DNA of 64,000 nucleotides from the human T2T-CHM13v2.0 reference genome, Homo sapiens: NCBI RefSeq assembly GCF_009914755.1, contig NC_060935.1, one strand, 5' to 3'. The stretch's first letter is position 1. Every line of letters starts with the position of its first letter. Position numbers and translations under genes: made by a program. The notes under the pieces are model-generated. The model saw only the letters and a list, made by a program, of their open reading frames with translations. It was not told where the DNA came from and did no database searches. Below, piece after piece: positions 42,601-59,129 of this stretch.

Positions 42601-44047
42601 TCTTGTTTCCAGACATTCAGGGATTTTTTTTTTTTGTCCTGACATAAACACTTGGTTTTTCCATGGAAACGTCTGACATGGGAAATCAGAAAATCTTTCT
42701 TAGGGAGGGACCAGACATTACATGAGCTTGTCATCATTATTTTTTAATTAAAAGACAGCAACTGTCTAGTGTTTGGTAAATTCAGGCCCCTCCCCATGGG
42801 TCTACTAATATGCTGAAATCTGGGTTTAATGTGCTGAATTTATTTTTTATAAGAATCTGTTACTGAACCTGCTCAGTGGAAAGAGCCCTGTTAGAGCTTT
42901 AAGAACTCATTAGCGGGATAAATATGCCGGGTATGAGGGGAGTCTGCAGCCCAGGGCTGCTGGGTACCTGCCAGGGTGGGCGGAGCTGCCCGGCCTGTGA
43001 CTCAGACGGTGGCTGTGGGAGGGCACACATGGGAACTGCTGTCCACAGGGTGAAGGACGCTGGGAGAATGCATGCATGGGCAGCCTGCCTGAAGCCTGTG
43101 TGTGACAGTGATCAGCTGTTACTGGCGCTGGTAGGTGACTCAGCCCGAATCAATTGCAGGCCTGCTGGACTCTGAGGCCCACGCTGTCTCCCTTGTGCTG
43201 CCTGGCACCCAGGGGCTCTCGAAGTATGAAAATAGACACCATGCATGACACGTGATAAGTACTGGGTACAGCAGGAGTAGGACCCAGTGCCATGGATGCT
43301 TAGTGAGGGGTCCTGAATTCTGATTTGGGGGTGGGGTAGTCAAGGATGCACAGGGGCCATGTGGGCAGAGGCTCACTTACGAAGTAGATTGTGCAAGTGG
43401 AGACGTAGGGCAAAGAGGCAAGGGGATTGCAAGCAGAGGGGATGGCCCCAGCAAAGGCATGGTGGCCTGGAGACAAGGGGTGTGGTCAGAGAAGTGCAGG
43501 GTGTCTTGCTCAGCTGGCCATCAGCTTGCAGGAGGAGCGGGAGGAGATGAGGCTACAGAGGCACCTCGGTCCCCACAGCCTTGCTGAGGGATTCAGACTT
43601 CCTCTTCTAAGCACTGGGTTTTAAGAGAGTGAATGGCCCGACATGATCCTTTTGACATTTTGGGAAGAGACCTCTGGTGGCAGCTGGGAGGATTTTGGAC
43701 AGGGAAGATTTCTGTGCCCTGTATGACAGTTCCAGAGCAAACACCCCAGAGCAGAGGCACATCTGTCTGTGGGGCTGCCTACCCCAGCTCCGAGACCCCT
43801 TCATTTTACACACAAAACCCTGAAATCCCAAGAGGTGAAGTAATCCATCACACTCGCTCAGCAGAAGGGGCCGAATCTGCAGGGTAGAGAGGGCTGTCTT
43901 GCACAGGAGGGCACTTCTGCTCAGGGCATATGTTCCCTGTGAGAATCTGAGACCATACGGTGCCTGTCTGATGTGTGGGCCTGGCTTGGCCTCAGGCAGG
44001 CTTGACCTAGCTCCAGGCAGGCCCAGGACACAGCACCTCGTGCATGA

Positions 44048-44434
<387 letters not shown>

Positions 44435-46244
44435 TTGGCTGTTCTTTAATAGAAGGAACATGTCCCCGTGTGGTACCATTGTTGATGTGGACAGACACAC
44501 ACACTAACAAACAAGGAGTGAGCCCTTCACGGGGGGCTGCAGTGGCACCTGTGTGCAGGCCCCTTTCCTGTAAGAGGTGAGGGCAGAGACAGGATAGGGA
44601 GGGGCACAGCAGGCACCCCCTCCCGGAGCCTGGCTAGGGCGTGTGCAACAGTAAAACGCTGCTCAGCTCACAGCAGGGGCCTGGGACAAGACAAGCAGAG
44701 GCTGAGGGCGGGTCGTGGGCCCCTGGGAGATCTGGGGTGCAGAGAAGGAGTGGGAGAGGTGGGCAGCTGCTGCAGACAGGGGACACAATGGAATCCTCAA
44801 GGAGGACAGAGCCCCTAGGGACCAAGGAATCAACTGAACGGCCAGGCTGCTGCCAGTCTATGCAGCCCCTTTGTGGCCCTTAGAAAAAGGCTATGCTGGA
44901 TGTTGAGATGTGAACCTGCGAGGTAGACGGCAGCCTCAGCCATTTTGCTATCAATAAATTACTCTTTATCATTTAAGGCAGTTTGAGTTGCGTTTTCTGT
45001 CACTTGCAAGGGGTTTGGTTCTAAGTGCAATGAAAAGCCATTAAAGGAATTTGAGCAGAGGGATCCCATGGTCTGATTTACATTTTAACAGAATTGCTGT
45101 GGCTGCCTGGTTGCGGGGAATGGGCGGCAGAGGGTCAGGAGTGGGAGTGGGAGGCTATTCAGGAGGCTGGTGCAGCGTCACAGGGGGAAGAAGGGGCTTA
45201 CACCCAGGGGTGGTGGCAGAGCAGACAGATGCAATGGTGCTGGTGCCTTTGGACTTGGCATCCCAGGTTGCTGCTGCCGCAGGGCTGAAAGGAAGAGGTG
45301 GATCAAGGATCTGGAGTGAGTGGGAGGAGGATGGGGCTGTTAGATGAGACTGAGTAAGAACAGGGGTTGGTGGGGGTGGGGTGAGTTGGGGGGTGGGGTG
45401 GGGTTCTCCTTTGAGCCGATGCTGATTAGACAACTCAGCAGAGAGATGGCGTCAGCAGTTGGATATCATCAGTCTCTCGGCAGGGTGAAGGGTCAGGGCT
45501 GGAGATGTAATCTGGGAGTCATCGGTGTTTAAGAGGAAAGGAAGAGGCAATGTAGGAGGGGATACAGATATTGAGGAGGGGCAGAGGATGGCATTCTGGG
45601 GTATGCCAATGTTAGAGTCGGGCAGAGGCGGGGAGCCCTGCAGTGGACATGGAGGAGGAGTGGCCAGGGAGGAGGCAAGCCAGGGTGGATGTGGCGCCAC
45701 AGACAGGACAGAGGCCAGGTGAGTCCTGAGGCCCCGGGAGTCACACGGGAGAAGCATACAGACATGAGTGGAGGGTTTGACAACAGTGAGGTGGTCACTG
45801 GTGACCTGGATAAGAAGCCAGACTGGGGTGGTTGGAGAGTGAGTGGGAGGAGAGGAACGGAGGAGTGGGCACAAACCGTTCTTTGAGGAGTACTGTGCAC
45901 AGGAGCAGGTGCACAGAGCAGTGGCTGGATGGGCATGCAGGGCTGAGTGGGGTCTTTCATTTGTAAGGGCAGGAGACAGCGGAGCATGCATGAGTGCACA
46001 GTGAAGGGCATGATCTAATGTGGGGGTATTCATGGATAACTCAGAACAGAAGGGTGACTTCCAGAATGAAGGCCTTGAGAAGGTCAGGGGCTGGGATTCA
46101 CGAGACGAATGGTTTGGCCTCTTATGGGAGCAGGAACACTTCTCCCAACATACATGGAGGGAGGGCAGAGAACATGAGATGAGAGTGAGGGAAGCCGGTA
46201 GATTTGGTGGTGGGAAGTTAACGAGTTCCTGTTTGCTTTTGTAT

Positions 46245-47436
<1,192 letters not shown>

Positions 47437-47746
47437 CCTTGTTTTCTGATGGATGGAGAGACAAGGCAATGAGCTGAGGGTGTTGGGGAGGCTGAGGTGC
47501 AGGGAAAAGCATACCATGGCAGCCTGAGGGAATAAAGTGACAACTTTACTGCGTCTGTAGGGAGGGCACAGGATGCTGTTGAGGGCCTGGCTAGAGCTTG
47601 TGGTTGTAAGTTGAAAATGCAAGGAGTCAAACTGGCTTTGTGGTTTTCTACAGGAACGTTCAGTCGCTGGTGCAGGCATGGAGAGGGTGGATAGCTGGGT
47701 TTAGCTCGACTTGGGATTTAGCCAGGGGAGTAAAAAAGAAGGGAGA

Positions 47747-48052
<306 letters not shown>

Positions 48053-49467
48053 GAAGGGAGGAAGGGACAAAGGATTGGGGTTATCTGCAAAGGAGAGATT
48101 AGAGTGGGCTGTAATTATGCATCTCCAGTTACCTTCTAGATAGAAAAGATGCTGGATATAAAGATTTGGGGCCATCGGCCCATAGGCAGTAGGTAAAGGG
48201 TTTGGATGAACTTGCCCAGCCAGTGTGTGTGTGGAGTGACAAGGAACAGGGCCAGTGGTGAAACTCTGAGAGTCAGTGTTGGAGGGTCCAGGACAGGAGC
48301 CTTCTGAAGAGACAGGGGAGCAGGAGGAAACCAGGAGATGTGGCACTGGGGACACCCAGAGGAAGGAAGAGTGGGAGGAGGGGCCAACCCTGTCATATGC
48401 CACTAGGAAGTCACGGGAGGCTGGGATCTATCATTCCAAAGCCACTGTTGACCAAGGGGAGAACATTTTCAGAGGAGAAGTGGGGAGTGGGCTAGAGTGA
48501 AGAAGGAAAGGGAGGATGTGGAAAGAGAGGGGAACAAAAGGGATTTAAAGTCTCTGAACTTGCAGGAACTTGACCTGGGCCTGGAAAAATGAGAAACTGG
48601 TTCATTTTCCAAGAGGCTGTAGGGAAAAGAAGGTTTGACCTGAACTCAGGGGTTATATTTGGAACTCGCAAACTGCACTTGGCCTCCTCAGGGCCTGGAG
48701 CTGTGAGCAGAGAGCCCTATGGGCCTGGGGAGGGGAGGGGAAGTTAAAAGGGGTTAGGGAGCAGGCTGGGGGTGCAGACTGCAGCACTGCTGGATGCAGA
48801 GCAAGCCCAGGAGCTGTAAATTGCCTGCCTGTATGTCACTTGTGCCCTGAGATGTCTCTCTCCGGAGTAGAGTGTGCCCTCTCAATGCTGACAGAGTGGA
48901 GGGGGACAGAGGAGGACTGGGAAGGTTCAAGTCACAGTGTCAAGGTCAGGCTTTAAAACAGAGAAGCCTCCTGAGACTTGGCAGGATTTAAAAAAACAAA
49001 ACAGAGAAGCCACTTTGGAGGCTGGTGCAGATGAGACTAAGATGGATTTGGGGACACTTGTGGATGATGTTAAAGGTTCCACACCCCTACCCACTCACAC
49101 CCCCACCCACTCACACCCCCACCCACAGCATCTATAGTAGCCCTGTGCTGTAGGCACCCATAAGGCTGCCTAAGTGAAAGGCAGATGAATAGATGAAGTT
49201 TCAAAACTGGAGTTGGGCCCAAATGGGACCAGCAAAAATATCTGTTAAGTCTACAGATGAGTTTCTGAACCCAGGATATCATTGGCAGACAAGGTTTATG
49301 TTCTAAAACCGCTCTGGATAGATGCTGGTAGCAATTAACTATCTTTAGCTGTGAAAGCCCATGCAGCATCTCCTGGCGTAGTAAGTGCAGGTGGGGTCAG
49401 GCCTCAGCATTGGATGACGATGTCTCCCAACCTTGCAGCCCCTGCATGGGCTCCTGCCTCCGCTTAG

Positions 49468-49900
<433 letters not shown>

Positions 49901-52763
49901 TGAGAGTCAGTTGGAGAGTCCATGTGCATCTGTTCCCCTCTTTCCAAATGAGGAATGTCTGCCCTGCCTGGTGGGTGTGGTGAGGACGGCACTGGAGGAG
50001 GTAGGCAGAGGGAGACCGCAACCACACTCCCACACAGGCATCCCGTAAAGGTAGTCCATGCGAGTCCACAGAAGCTGGTTGCCTCTGAAGCCTGTGAGGC
50101 ATGAGAAGGCGCTCTGCAGCCCGAGACCACAGGCTGCTGCCCAGATGTCCTCCAGGCCCTGCACGCGCAGGTCACCATGTTATCTATCCATGTTTCCCAT
50201 GACTTCAGGCTTAACTCCTGCAAATGGAGGCGGCATGCCCCAGAGAGCCCTATGCTTTTTGCTGGCTGTCCAAAAGCAAAACCCAGCAAGTGGCTTCCTG
50301 TTTATGCATTAGGTCTGGGAGCTCTCATTACTGGCTGGTGAACCAGAAGCCACTGTGAGGCAGCAAGGGCCAGATGAGAAGTGGAAACGTGGCTCTGGAG
50401 CTGACACAGCAGGCATAGGTCTGGCTTTTGTTTCTCCAAGTCTGATTTGCATAGAGCTTGCTAAAAAAGCTTTCTACCGGGCTGCTTATGTACTCGCCGA
50501 GCCAGCATTCACACACTTTCTCCTCTTCACTCAGTAAAATTTGCTCTGGGGCTGAGGCTGCCACCAGATGCACACAGCGGTCGTCTTCTCCCTCACGGTC
50601 CGCCTGCCTTTCCCGACCTACCCACTTCTGGGGAGTTTCTTATCTGGCAAATGGGACCGAGACACATCCAATGCCCAGGTGGTGAGGTGGAGGAGGGGCA
50701 GAGGGGAGGTCTGCCCTCCTTCTGCCCAGGGTCCTTTCGACTTCTCAGGAAAGCTGCGGGTGGCACAAAGTTTGCAAATTCCTTTTACTTCATCCTTGTC
50801 CTCAGAGGCCTTGGGGCTTCTTCCCACCGTCATTATTGATGTCCCTGCCACCAAGAATCATGGCCATGCTGGGGCCACGCGTCTTGGGAGCAACAGAAAA
50901 TGCCTTGTCTTGGATGTGACAACTGGGGCAATGACCAGGTTGACACAGGCACTTCTCACCACAGACAGGTCATATTTCTAATGGTTTACTTACATGTTAG
51001 ACTGTCGGCTACTTGAAACCAGTTCTTCTCATGGAAATGCATTTTCAGGAGGTGGCAAGGTTGCCATGCCAGCACACAGAGCGCCGTCTAATGTGGGTTA
51101 GAGGGAATGATCACCTGGTAGGGAGGGCAGCTTTAGGTCAAGGTTTACATTGAAGAGAAGATGGCGGGGAGTGCTGGTAAGCCTGGGGGAGGGAAGGATC
51201 AGTGTCCCCCGGCCCCTGTCACAGCGCAGTCCAGGAGGGAATTCATGCATGCATGCATTCACCCATGAGTCCTTTCTTTGTCTCATACCCCATTTCCAGT
51301 TCCTCAGTCTTGTTTGTTCTGCCCTCAAAAATACCCCAAATCTAACCACTTGTCACCTTCTGCTCACTCCCATCCTCATCCAGACCACCTGTCCTCTCTC
51401 CACTCCCCCAGTCTGTTCTTCACATCACAGCCAGAGTAAAGCTTTTAAAATGTAAGTCAGATCAAGTCATTTCGCAAGGATAACTCCACATGCATCCGGG
51501 AGGCAGCACCTACCTGCCCTCCACCCCTGACCCCAGTCAGTGCCACTCACCTCCTGCCACTCCAGAGGGGTGCGTTTAGGGTTTCTTGGGTGCGCCTACG
51601 TTCTTTTGGATCAGCCTGGTTTCCTTTCGGCCCACCTGATCTCTCTAAGACCCCAGGGTCCTCAACTTACTGGGTAACACCTGTCTTGGGAATGGGCTTA
51701 ACCCGTCCTTTGCTTTAGGAGGAAAAAAAAGCACCCTCCTGTCACCTCCTGCATATACACAAGAGGAACACGTTTTTAAAACTGTGCTCCATAGGTTCAT
51801 AATTACAGTAATCCATCTCCTCTCCGTTCCTTCCTTAATTGTGACTGGCAGTCACGTCCCCGCCCTCTATGTCAGTTGAGCTCAACTCTGCGCGGGGCCT
51901 CTCATTCCTCCTCATTAGTCAGTCTCCTTCCCCTCGCCTTGTCACCCTTACCTGGGTTCTGGCCTCCCTCCTGACAGCGGGCAGCTGCTTGCCTCCCTTT
52001 CTTGGTGTGAGTTAACATCCCTCCTGAGCTGACCCGTCCAGTCTCCTCCTGCCCACAGAAGGCACCGACCTCTGACTCCTGCTGCAAACCTGGCCTGACT
52101 GAGGCTTCTGTTACCCTGACTCACAGCAGGCAGCTTGTCCTTGGAGCCTGCTTGATGGCAGCATTCAGGGACCCAGGGCTGACTGTCTTTCTCTTGTGGC
52201 TCCATTAGTGCACTGGAGGACCGGATAGAATTCAGAAGGAGCCCCTCCCTTGCCTCTCCTGTCCCCCCCGAGGACTCTCGTGTTCAGCACACCATCCCTT
52301 CCCTCTGCCTGCAGTCTTTCTGCTGCACGCTCTAGGTCCGCTGCCTTGGGGGAAGAAAACGGTACCTCCTGCCATCCAGTCTCCTCACAGGCTGTGCCTG
52401 CCCTGGCTGCTGCTGTCCTGTCCACCGCAGCCTCTTCTCTTGACCACTTGTTTGCAGTTTCCCAGCCTCTCCTGCTGTCTGGGTGATGGGAGTACTCAGC
52501 CAAGACAATCTGAATTAATTTTGCAAGTAAAATTTCATCAGACGACCTATCTAGCGCTTCCCTAAATCAAGACGTATTACATCTCATGTGTGCCCTGAGC
52601 CCATTCATCATGTTAAGTCAGCCCCTGAAATACCAGCCAGGCTCAGGCTGAAAATGAGCAGCATTCTCGTCTGAATCTGGAAGGGGTCTTCTTTATCCCC
52701 AGATTTGCCACGAGAGAGGCTTCTGTCAGCTCTTTTGCTGGTGATAACATCAAGAAGTAATCG

Positions 52764-53300
<537 letters not shown>

Positions 53301-53334
53301 TCCTTTTCCTATATGAAGTAAGTTAAAACCCTCA

Positions 53335-53757
<423 letters not shown>

Positions 53758-55086
53758 TTATATACAAGTGACAATTGCGCGTATTTAGTTTATAGAGAGG
53801 GTTGGGGGGCATTTTAGGTTCACACTGAACGTGAGCAAGAGTTTTCCCCTTCTGGACATGGTATGGGTTGCATAGATTGGACCTTCTCTTGTGTCTTACT
53901 CTTTTTTTTGCTCTGGCTCATTACCAGTGAATGTTGGTTTTACCCAGACTGCTGAGATCCTTGATAAGGCCTCACCATGGTGATGCTGAAGGGCACTCAT
54001 ATTTTTGCTGTGTTTATTCTTCCCGTCATCTTCCCTGGCAGCAAGTGACCAGAGCTATTTAGGACCAGGCCAAGGGAGATGGAGAAGCCTTCTCTGTTCT
54101 CAGCTGGGGGTTGGCTGCTGACAACTTAGATTAGGACCCTTTCTTGAGAAGCCCAGGAGTGGTGACCTTCGTGGCATAGCAAAGGCCTGCTGAGGCTACT
54201 AGGTGGCAATTCTGCCCTAAGCTTGGCCTCAAAGGAGCTGGGGAAGTGAGATCCATGGTTCCCCAGGACTAGCTTTGGAGGGGTCCCAGACTCCCTCGCT
54301 TCGGCTAATCTCTTGGCTGTGGATAAATGAGCTCGTGGGCACCAGCATCCTGGTGACAGCCATCCTTTGTTGGGTGCTTACCCATGCTGGGCACTGAGCA
54401 GAGTGGGCCAGACAGAACCTATTCCTGTCCACCAGGGACTCCTAGTCCTGACCAGCTGGATGTTTCATTACACATTGGAATCTGTATTTCAGCTGGCATC
54501 TCAGGAGAATCTAACTTACCTCTTTCATCACCAAAACATTAACAAAAATTATTTTGGCCACTTTAATGAAATATTTCTATCCAAATGGATATAAGAAAAG
54601 TATGCAGGCCTTCCAAAACAACATGCACAGAACATGGTTTGATCATTTTTTCATTACTCAGGGTCATTATTATAAACACCAGCTACTACCTGTGCACTAA
54701 TAGACACTTCTGGGGCAAGTAGGTGATTCTGTTTTCCCACACACCAAGTGGCCCAAGACTGCTGACTTCTTGAGTTCTTTATCACCTTTTTATGTTTTCC
54801 TCTTCATTTTGTCAGTTGCCTCTTACTTTTGCCAGCATGCCTGCCTCTTCTGTGTTCTGCGTTTAATGCATATTAACTGTATCTGCATTACACCAGCAGC
54901 GAGAGGAGACAGGCCTATTAGAGGGAGGCCTGAGAGGGAGGCCTGAGAGGGTCTCTCTGGTTTGTTTTGAGGTCTTCTGGTTTCCTTCTGTATCTCAGGA
55001 GAAAGTTGAGTCCCTAGCAGTGACATTCCTGTACTCCTTGTGTTGGTGTGGCATTGTTTTGAATATATGCCCAGTTTTCCAAGCAG

Positions 55087-55380
55087 ATTTTTTTTTTTGA
55101 GACAGTCTCACTCTATTGCCCAGGCTGGAGTGCAGTGTTGCGATCTTGGATCACTGCAACCTCCACCTCCGGGTTCAAGGGATTCTCATGCCTCAGCCTC
55201 CCAAGTAGCTGGGATTGTAGGTGTGTGCCACCACGCCCGGCTAATTTTTTTGGTATTTTTAGTAGAGATGGTGTTTCACCATGTTGGCCAGGCTGGTCTC
55301 AAACTCCCGACCTCAGGTGATCCACCTGCCTTGGCCTCCCAAAGTGCTAGGATTACAGGAGTGAGCCACTGTGCCTGGCC
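55087..55380 (-). mobile_element. AluS
   Basis: TSD TCCAAGCAGATTTT on both flanks. Confidence 0.95.
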
Positions 55381-55629
55381 TCCAAGCAGATTTTAAGGTC
55401 ATGATAGACAGGGGACCTAGCCCCGCATTTGTTATGCTGGCCACACAGCAGTGCTCTGGGTGTAGCAGGGAGCCTACACAGTGTCCCCGTTGAATTCATC
55501 AATGAGTCTCCTTCACAGTGATATACGGAAGTAAACTGAATATAGTATGTATATGTGTGTATATGGTATAGCTAGACTTATATACAAGTCTGGGAAGAAA
55601 GAGTGTTTCCATCAGGCACACACAAGAGA

Positions 55630-55850
55630 CAGTATGATAGTAAGAGTCAAATTGAGGTTCTAATTTCAGCTCCTCCATTCATTAGTTGAGTGGTCTTAGA
55701 TCACTCGGTGCCTCAGTTTCCTCATCTATAAAATGGGATAATTATAGTGGCTACCTTATTGGGTTGTGAGGATTAAATGAGATCATGGCTTTTAAATTGC
55801 TTAGCACAGTATCTGGCACATAATAAGCATTCAGTGATGTTAATGACAAT
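55630..55850 (+). mobile_element. MIR
   Basis: GCCTCAGTTTCCTCATCTATAAAATGGGATAAT...GTGAGGATTAAATGAGAT. Confidence 0.85.
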
Positions 55851-57119
55851 AATTAAAAAGCTTTAACATCTACTTCAGTGGAAGAGCAGTGGGGATGGTA
55901 TGATCTCGTGGGGGATTTTCTGTGGGTCCTTTCTGTCTGCTAAGGATTTCATCTTCCTCCTTCCCCCCTTCCACGCCTCTGGGAAGATCTTTATTTGGCC
56001 TCAGCCTTAAATGGATATTAATGCGGAAATGTTAGGGCTGGAGATTTCCACAGCCTTTGAATAGTAGACATTTGGAAAATTAAATATTTCTGTCAAGTGT
56101 GCCATAAATCTTGGCTGTTTAGGAAGGTGAGAAATTAAAATTGCAAGACAGCCAGGGAGGGAGTGAGCCTGTCTAGTCCCCTGGTGTGTGGTCTCTGGGT
56201 AAGGAGGGGTGGGGTGGGACTGGGAGGTGGGGCAGGAGCAGGCCCTGGGTTTAGCGGCAGCCAGGGGAGGGTGGGTTGCTGCGGGTCATCAGCCCGGCTG
56301 ACTTGGAAATCCAGAAGGTTTTGATGGAGCGCTTCTCCCTCATGTTCTAGAAGATATTTCTGCATCAAGGCGCCTGCTACTGGGCTTTGAGCTTTCCTCT
56401 CCCTTCTCTCCTTCATGCTTTCGCCTCTCTTCCTGCACGCTCACCAGCAAGGCCTCTGCCTGGGAGGAAGCAACATGGCGCTGGTGACAGGCAGCACTCT
56501 AGGTCCCTTCTGCTGCTGGAGAGCCACGTGGGGACTAGGGGGGCCTACTCGGGGACTCCCCAGAGTTCCCTGCAGGCATACCCCCGCTCCAGCAATGGCA
56601 AAAGCCATGAGAGGGTCTCATATATAGAAAGGGTGTCCCAGGCCACACCTTCGGGGGCAGCCCATGTATGCCTAGGGGTCGGGAAACAGCAAAGAGAAGG
56701 CGATGTGGGTAAGGCCTCTTTACTACCACACGATTCTGTCTTCCAGAAGAACCTGGCCACCCCCACATCTCCTCCCTCTCCTCCAAACCCCAAGATGACC
56801 CAGAGGCTCAAAGCCACCTTCAGTCTTAGCTGTTTCTTTTTCCTGCCTTCTCCTCCAGTCATATATCTGGATCTGACTGCTGCACGCTACACAGCTGATG
56901 ATGGGAGTGTGACTTGGTCAAAAGTTCTTTGTGGCCCACTTGAAAAGGGTGCCAAATAAGGCAAAGAATATCCAGGAGGGTATGGCCAAGGTGGTGAAGA
57001 GCCCCAGAAGGATGTCGTGTTCTTCCTCTTATCATTCATTAGCTCAGCAATTAGGAAGCAGTTGTTAGAATGTGCCAGATGGGCTGACACTGAGGGCGTA
57101 CACACAATAAGGGGAGGGA

Positions 57120-57880
57120 GAATCTGCTCACCATGGGCCAGGCACTGTGCTAAGTCCTTTAAACCCATTGATTCACCTAAGCCCAACAGCCTTAAGATAT
57201 TACCTTTATCCATTTTAATAAGGAAACTGTGATTCAGAGAAATTAAGTGACATGGCAGATGGAAGAGCTAAGAATCAAACTGACATTTCACTAACTCCAA
57301 AGCCGAGACTTTTAATCATTTTCCAATAAGGCAATGATTGTGAAATAATGACGTGTGAAAAAGTCAACAGGGACCCCGGCCTTGGCCCTAAGAAGCTCAC
57401 AGTCTAGTGAAGGAGCAGGTAAGTGTATTTGGGAGGCTAACTTAGTCTCAGATGGATGGCAGGGAGCTGGGGAGGGCTTCCTGGAGGAGGTGATGCCTGA
57501 GCTGAGCCTAGAAGGATGTAAAGGAACCAACCAGAGGAAGAAGGGGAGTTAGGGTATTGTGAGGCTGGTGGGGGCTGGGGAAGAGCTTGCACACACAGAA
57601 GTAAGTGAGGATTTGTGTTTGGGTCATGGCAAGCAGGCTGGAGCCAGGGTACAAGGGGAGAGAAGAAGCTGGAGACGTGACAGTGATCAGTTCATGGGGG
57701 GCCTTGTATACCAGGCTAAGGGTGCCAGGAAATGGCTGGGGAGATTTACACAAAAGGGAACAGGTTGAGATCCTCTGGTGGTGGTAGGGCAGTGCTAGTG
57801 AGAAATGTGTGCAGCTTGGACTAATTTGAGAGACTTTCTAGAAGGTAGAACCCACAGGACTTAGTGATGATTGGGCATGG
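57120..57880 (-). mobile_element. MIR followed by an L2 fragment
   Basis: CCATTTTAATAAGGAAACTG (MIR); AGCTCACAGTCTAGTG and GGCTTCCTGGAGGAGGTGATGCCTGAGCTGAG (L2). Confidence 0.65.
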
Positions 57881-59129
57881 GGGGTATCGTGTGGAAAAGG
57901 GAGGAGCCAGGTCAGGGGATCAGAATGGGCAGCCAGCCCTCTTCTGCAGGGTCCAGCTGCCTGGTGGCAGTGGGGGACCCTATTTTGGCCTTCTGCGGAA
58001 GCATGACGTCCAGTGGGCTGTGGATGTATGTGACTGCCGAGATGTCAGTCATGCAGGCTGGCACCCAGCTTGCCCAGCTTCCAGAACGGGGATGGTGAAG
58101 TGTGTCTTTCCACTTCACTGTCTCCCTGGGTAAAACCCGGGAATCAGCTCCCTTCTTTTGTCAGTTGCAGAGGAAGTGGGCTCTTTCTCTATTAGACATA
58201 CTCGCAGTGTCTAGTATCAGCCTCTTTGTCCATGTGGGATAGGGATTGCTTGGCCGGTAAGCACTGTGTTTGGGTGTACATCTCCTAGGATACTAGCATG
58301 TGGCCACTTGGAAGGCGGCTGCCTAGCAGCCCTCAGCCTAGCTTCAGGAGAGGAACTATGGGATCCAGCTTCTCTGGGCTCCAGAGAACAACTTCTGGGG
58401 CCTGGAAGAACCCTGTGCCCAGTGACAAGCTTGTAAAAAGAGAGAAACAATCCCTATATTTTTGGTCCCTGGGAAGGAAGTAGGGTGGACAGCAGCCTTA
58501 ACTTTCTGGAGCAAAATGTGAACTTTTGAGAGCTGAAGACCAAAAGCGGGTTCAGCTTTTGAACTCGTTTTTTTTAAACCAACCTAGGCCAAAGGCTGGG
58601 AGAAGGCAGCAGCAGCCAGCCCTGTGTTACAGGTGGGATAGATGGGTGCTTTGCTCACGGTCCAGCTGGTCTCCCCGCAGCTGCTAGACCCCAGGAACTT
58701 CTGGAGCTCCCGTCCTTGGAGCCTCCTCTCAGGAAGTTAGATGTGGCACTCAGGGTTAGTTGGCTCTGAATTCCCCTCCACCCTTCCCCAGGTCATTCAG
58801 AAGCCTACCTCCTGAGCTACCCAGGGCTCTGGAATCTCCACCTGCTGTTTCACTGCTGTTTGCACCAGTTCTGGCGCCTCCCACACCTGGGGTCGGTTGT
58901 GCCTCCACGCCCGCTCTGAGCACAGTCACCGTCTGGGCCCCCTCTCCAGTGACACTCCAGGCCTAAACATTATTTTCCCATCGCGGAGGAGGTGTTCCCG
59001 GTGTGTCTCATGAATTTAACACAAGCTGCCGGAGAGCCTTTGAAAGGTTAGGGGGTGGGTAGGGAGGCAGTTTATGTAGTGGGGAAGTTGGGGTGGGGGA
59101 GGCAATGTCCCGGAGGAGTGGCTGGTGGC

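Noticed and set aside
52283-52300. Possible REST/RE1 site (TTCAGCAC), also near 27968
   Set aside because: Only the left half matches; no correctly spaced GGACAG right half, and the 27968 copy lies within L2.
54196-54209. CTCF-like CTACTAGGTGGCAA
   Set aside because: Mismatch in the highly conserved CC; too weak to call without ChIP data.
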